The position numbers were made by a program, and so were the translations under genes. Below are positions 20,535-23,012 of a stretch of 23,012 nt of DNA, in pieces. Under the pieces are notes generated by a model. The model saw only the letters and a program-made list of their open reading frames with translations, was not told the origin of the DNA and did no database searches. This DNA is from Tubiluchus corallicola (taxonomy: Eukaryota; Animalia; Priapulida), in NCBI GenBank assembly GCA_030141605.1, contig JAQGDQ010001344.1, positions 22,825 to 45,836 of the forward strand. Reading direction: 5' to 3'. Numbering within the stretch: position 1 is the stretch's first letter; the number at the start of each line of letters is the position of its first letter.

Positions 20535-21151
20535 TATTATTGTTGTTCTTTTGCTGCTGCTACTGCTACTTCTGTTGCTGTTGCTGTTGTTTTGCTGCTG
20601 CTGCTGCTGTTGTTGTTTTGCTGCTGCTGCTGTTGTTGTTGTTGCTTTGCTGCTGCTGCTACTGTTGTTGTTGTTGTTGATGTTGTTGTTGCTGCTATTA
20701 TTACTGTTATAGTTATTTTAAGTCTTATTATTGTTGGTGTTGTTTTGCTGCTGCTGCTGCTGCTACTGTTGCTGTTGTAGTTGTTGTTACCATTATTATT
20801 GTTATAGTTATTTTAAGTCTTATTATTGTTGGTGTTGTTTTGCTGCTGCTGCTGCTGCTGCTACTGTTGCTGTTGTAGTTGTTGTTACCATTATTATTGT
20901 TATAGTTATTTTAAGTCTTATTATTATTATTATTGTTGTTGTTGTTGTTGTTGTTGTTGTCTTGCTGCTGCTGCTGCCACTGTTGTTGTTGCTGTTGTTA
21001 TAGTTATTTTAAGTCTTATTATTATTATTATTATTATTGTTGTTGTTGTTGTTGTTGTTGTCTTGCTGCTGCTGCTGCCACTGTTGTTGTTGTTGTTGTT
21101 CTTATAGTTATTTTAAGTCTTCTTATTATTATCATCATCATCATCATCATT
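20535..21151. repeat. Compound trinucleotide microsatellite (GCT/GTT/ATT/CAT) organised into ~95-104-bp higher-order units
   Basis: The anchor GTTATAGTTATTTTAAGTCTT recurs at 20706, 20801, 20899, 20997 and ~21101. Confidence 0.95.
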
Positions 21152-21177
21152 AGAAACAAATTAACATACATGCAACA

Positions 21178-21440
21178 AACTAGAGGGCACTCAAAACGGG
21201 TGCAGAGTCTGCAGACGCACGTCATCGTATGAAGTCACTAATTGGGCAAAAATTTATTTCGACTGTTTTTACCTTGTGACCTTTGACCTTTTCAATCGAG
21301 AGGCAATGGATTTTATATCTCGCCTAAAATTATCCCTGAGCCAAGTTTGGTGAGCTTTCTTACGTTTATATTTTATTATGCAAACAGACAGACAGACAGG
21401 CGGGAGTAAACACCTTACTAACTCACCGACTTAGTGAGTT
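21178..21440 (+). mobile_element. Helentron/DINE-1(HINE)-like non-autonomous element
   Basis: Starts ACTAGAGGGCACTCA and contains TGACCTTTGACCT, CCAAGTTTGG and an (ACAG)n microsatellite. It ends in a 3' hairpin, AACTCAC-CGACTTA-GTGAGTT (21420-21440). Confidence 0.6.
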
Positions 21441-22228
21441 GTGCACGCTTTTAGTTTTTAGCTAATATTCTCGTGGTGAGCTGTTTCAAGTGAAACCGGA
21501 CCGAATCTCAAACTGTAGGTCAAAACAATCTACTCTTTAAAATATTAAAAGGAAATGTAATATTTTTTCAAAAATGACTTAGTGAAAGAATTCTTAGCAT
21601 ACAAATACAATTTCGCATTCGCGTCACTAATTCTTCGCTGTTACACAAAAACAGGTGTTGTACTTCTCAGTTCAGATGTGTTAGTTTGTGACGAATTACA
21701 CACGTTCGACAGCTCGTGCATCAGCACAGCGGTAAATTTTTATTTTTATCTTAAAACTTGCCTAGTTTTAGTACAACACACTGAATCTCTTGCAATAACA
21801 CTGTACTTCAATATTCTCTTTCGCAAACGCATGCAACAAGCTCGTGGAATATTTTTGCTGTTGAAAATTATGTTAGTTTGTGATGTCATCAATAGTTGGG
21901 CTCGCACAGCGTTAATTAAGTTTTTAATAGATTATTTAATTGTCAGTAACGCTTCCGGAGTATTAATTGTGTTAAAATGTATACTTTTTATCGGACTTGA
22001 AAATGGGGTAGTGTATAAAAACCTGTCTTCCTTGAAACCGCTCACCACGCGTGGTTAAAAAACCTTACTTTTTCAGTGAGTTAGAAAAATTACTTGATAT
22101 GCACACCCACCGCTGGAACTATTTCAGTGAAGAGTCGAAAGCAACCATTTGATGGGAATCTCTAGTTGATTTTCACTATGCGGGGGCGGTAGCCAGCCTT
22201 GGGGCTCAGAATGACAAGAGGCTGTTAA

Positions 22229-22473
22229 CCCTCGAAATGCGAAACCTTCCTTCCGCTCATCCACATTGCTCATGCTAGGTGAAAAGGTCTTCAGATTTCC
22301 ATTCAAAAACTAATCACGATTTTACTATTAATCAGTTTTCGCAGTCACCCGGATTTACGAGAGGCGTACTGATTACACTGGAACAGCCGAAAACTGCAGA
22401 GACGGTTGTGTAACAGGTTGGCAACGTATCCGTCGCAAAGCAGCGAAATGACCCCGCGAGCGTAATTAGTGGG
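22229..22473. mobile_element. Possible piggyBac-like MITE
   Basis: TTAA|CCC...GGG|TTAA termini, a weak TIR (9/13) and subterminal ATGACCCC. Confidence 0.4.
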
Positions 22474-23012
22474 TTAAAACACGAAAATCTCGTCTACATG
22501 CAGAATGAATTCTGCCTTATAAGGAGCTGTTTTAGGCGAAATTAAATTACAGTGTTTTTCGAGTAGGATAAATCAAGTCAAAGAGAAAGGATACTGCACG
22601 AATATCACGATTTCTGGTGCTCGATGACGCCAACAAGAAACCAGCCGCAGCATTATACGTTTTCAACGCTGTACCCTCAGTTCTACAGCTATTATGTTTA
22701 TTAATATAATTATTATTATATTACGCCACTGTTCTTGTCTGATTTAGTTACTGTATTATGATGTATTTTTTGCTAAATCAACTCGGTACTACAGTACCGT
22801 ACATAGCCTAACCCGAGTTCTACGTAGTCTGGAAGTCTCCAGTTAAGCCTAGAAACCGTACAAAGCATGGTGACTGCTAATGACCATAAAGTTTTTGTAA
22901 AGTTTCTGGAGTATAAAACATAATTTTTTAGCCAAATACCTTGCACTCTGGGAGTCCAATTAAGCCTAGAAACCTCGTGAAGTAGGGGCCCCATATTGCT
23001 AACAACTAATTA

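Noticed and set aside
20592-21232. Poly-Leu/Cys/Val/Gln ORFs
   Set aside because: They are translations of trinucleotide microsatellites.
21582-22058. 158-aa plus-strand ORF
   Set aside because: It has a GTG start, AT-rich F/L/I/K composition typical of non-coding DNA, no motif and no convincing splice signals.
22124-22306. Upstream exon of the minus-strand gene
   Set aside because: The acceptor is poor, an in-frame stop precedes any donor, and it overlaps the putative piggyBac-like end.

Overview
AT-rich eukaryotic (most likely invertebrate animal) genomic DNA, dominated by non-autonomous DNA transposons and tandem repeats. There is no prokaryotic gene, operon or CRISPR array, and almost every ORF in the supplied track is a by-product of repeats. 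Reading splice signals gives two convergent gene ends that the ORF track mostly misses. The + strand gene has candidate exons 890-1049 and 10497-10693: they are phase-compatible, separated by a 9.4-kb TE-filled intron, and end in a PDZ-ligand-like ...KLSSV*. The - strand gene has a candidate last coding exon at 20487-20347, an acidic Asp/Tyr-repeat tail. Elements with recognisable TIRs, most with TSDs, belong to the hAT, PIF/Harbinger, Tc1/mariner-pogo and Kolobok superfamilies, with probable piggyBac and Helentron-like elements as well. The most striking pattern is that minisatellites arose inside transposons. A 51-bp x9 array is an in-frame amplification of 17 codons of a hAT transposase dimerisation domain, and a 43-bp x26 array grew out of the terminal repeat region of a Harbinger element. 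The 32-bp and 65-bp arrays show higher-order periodicity. I cannot support a wholly new biological system here. All coordinates and counts were read by hand, and family assignments come from remembered hallmarks, not database searches.
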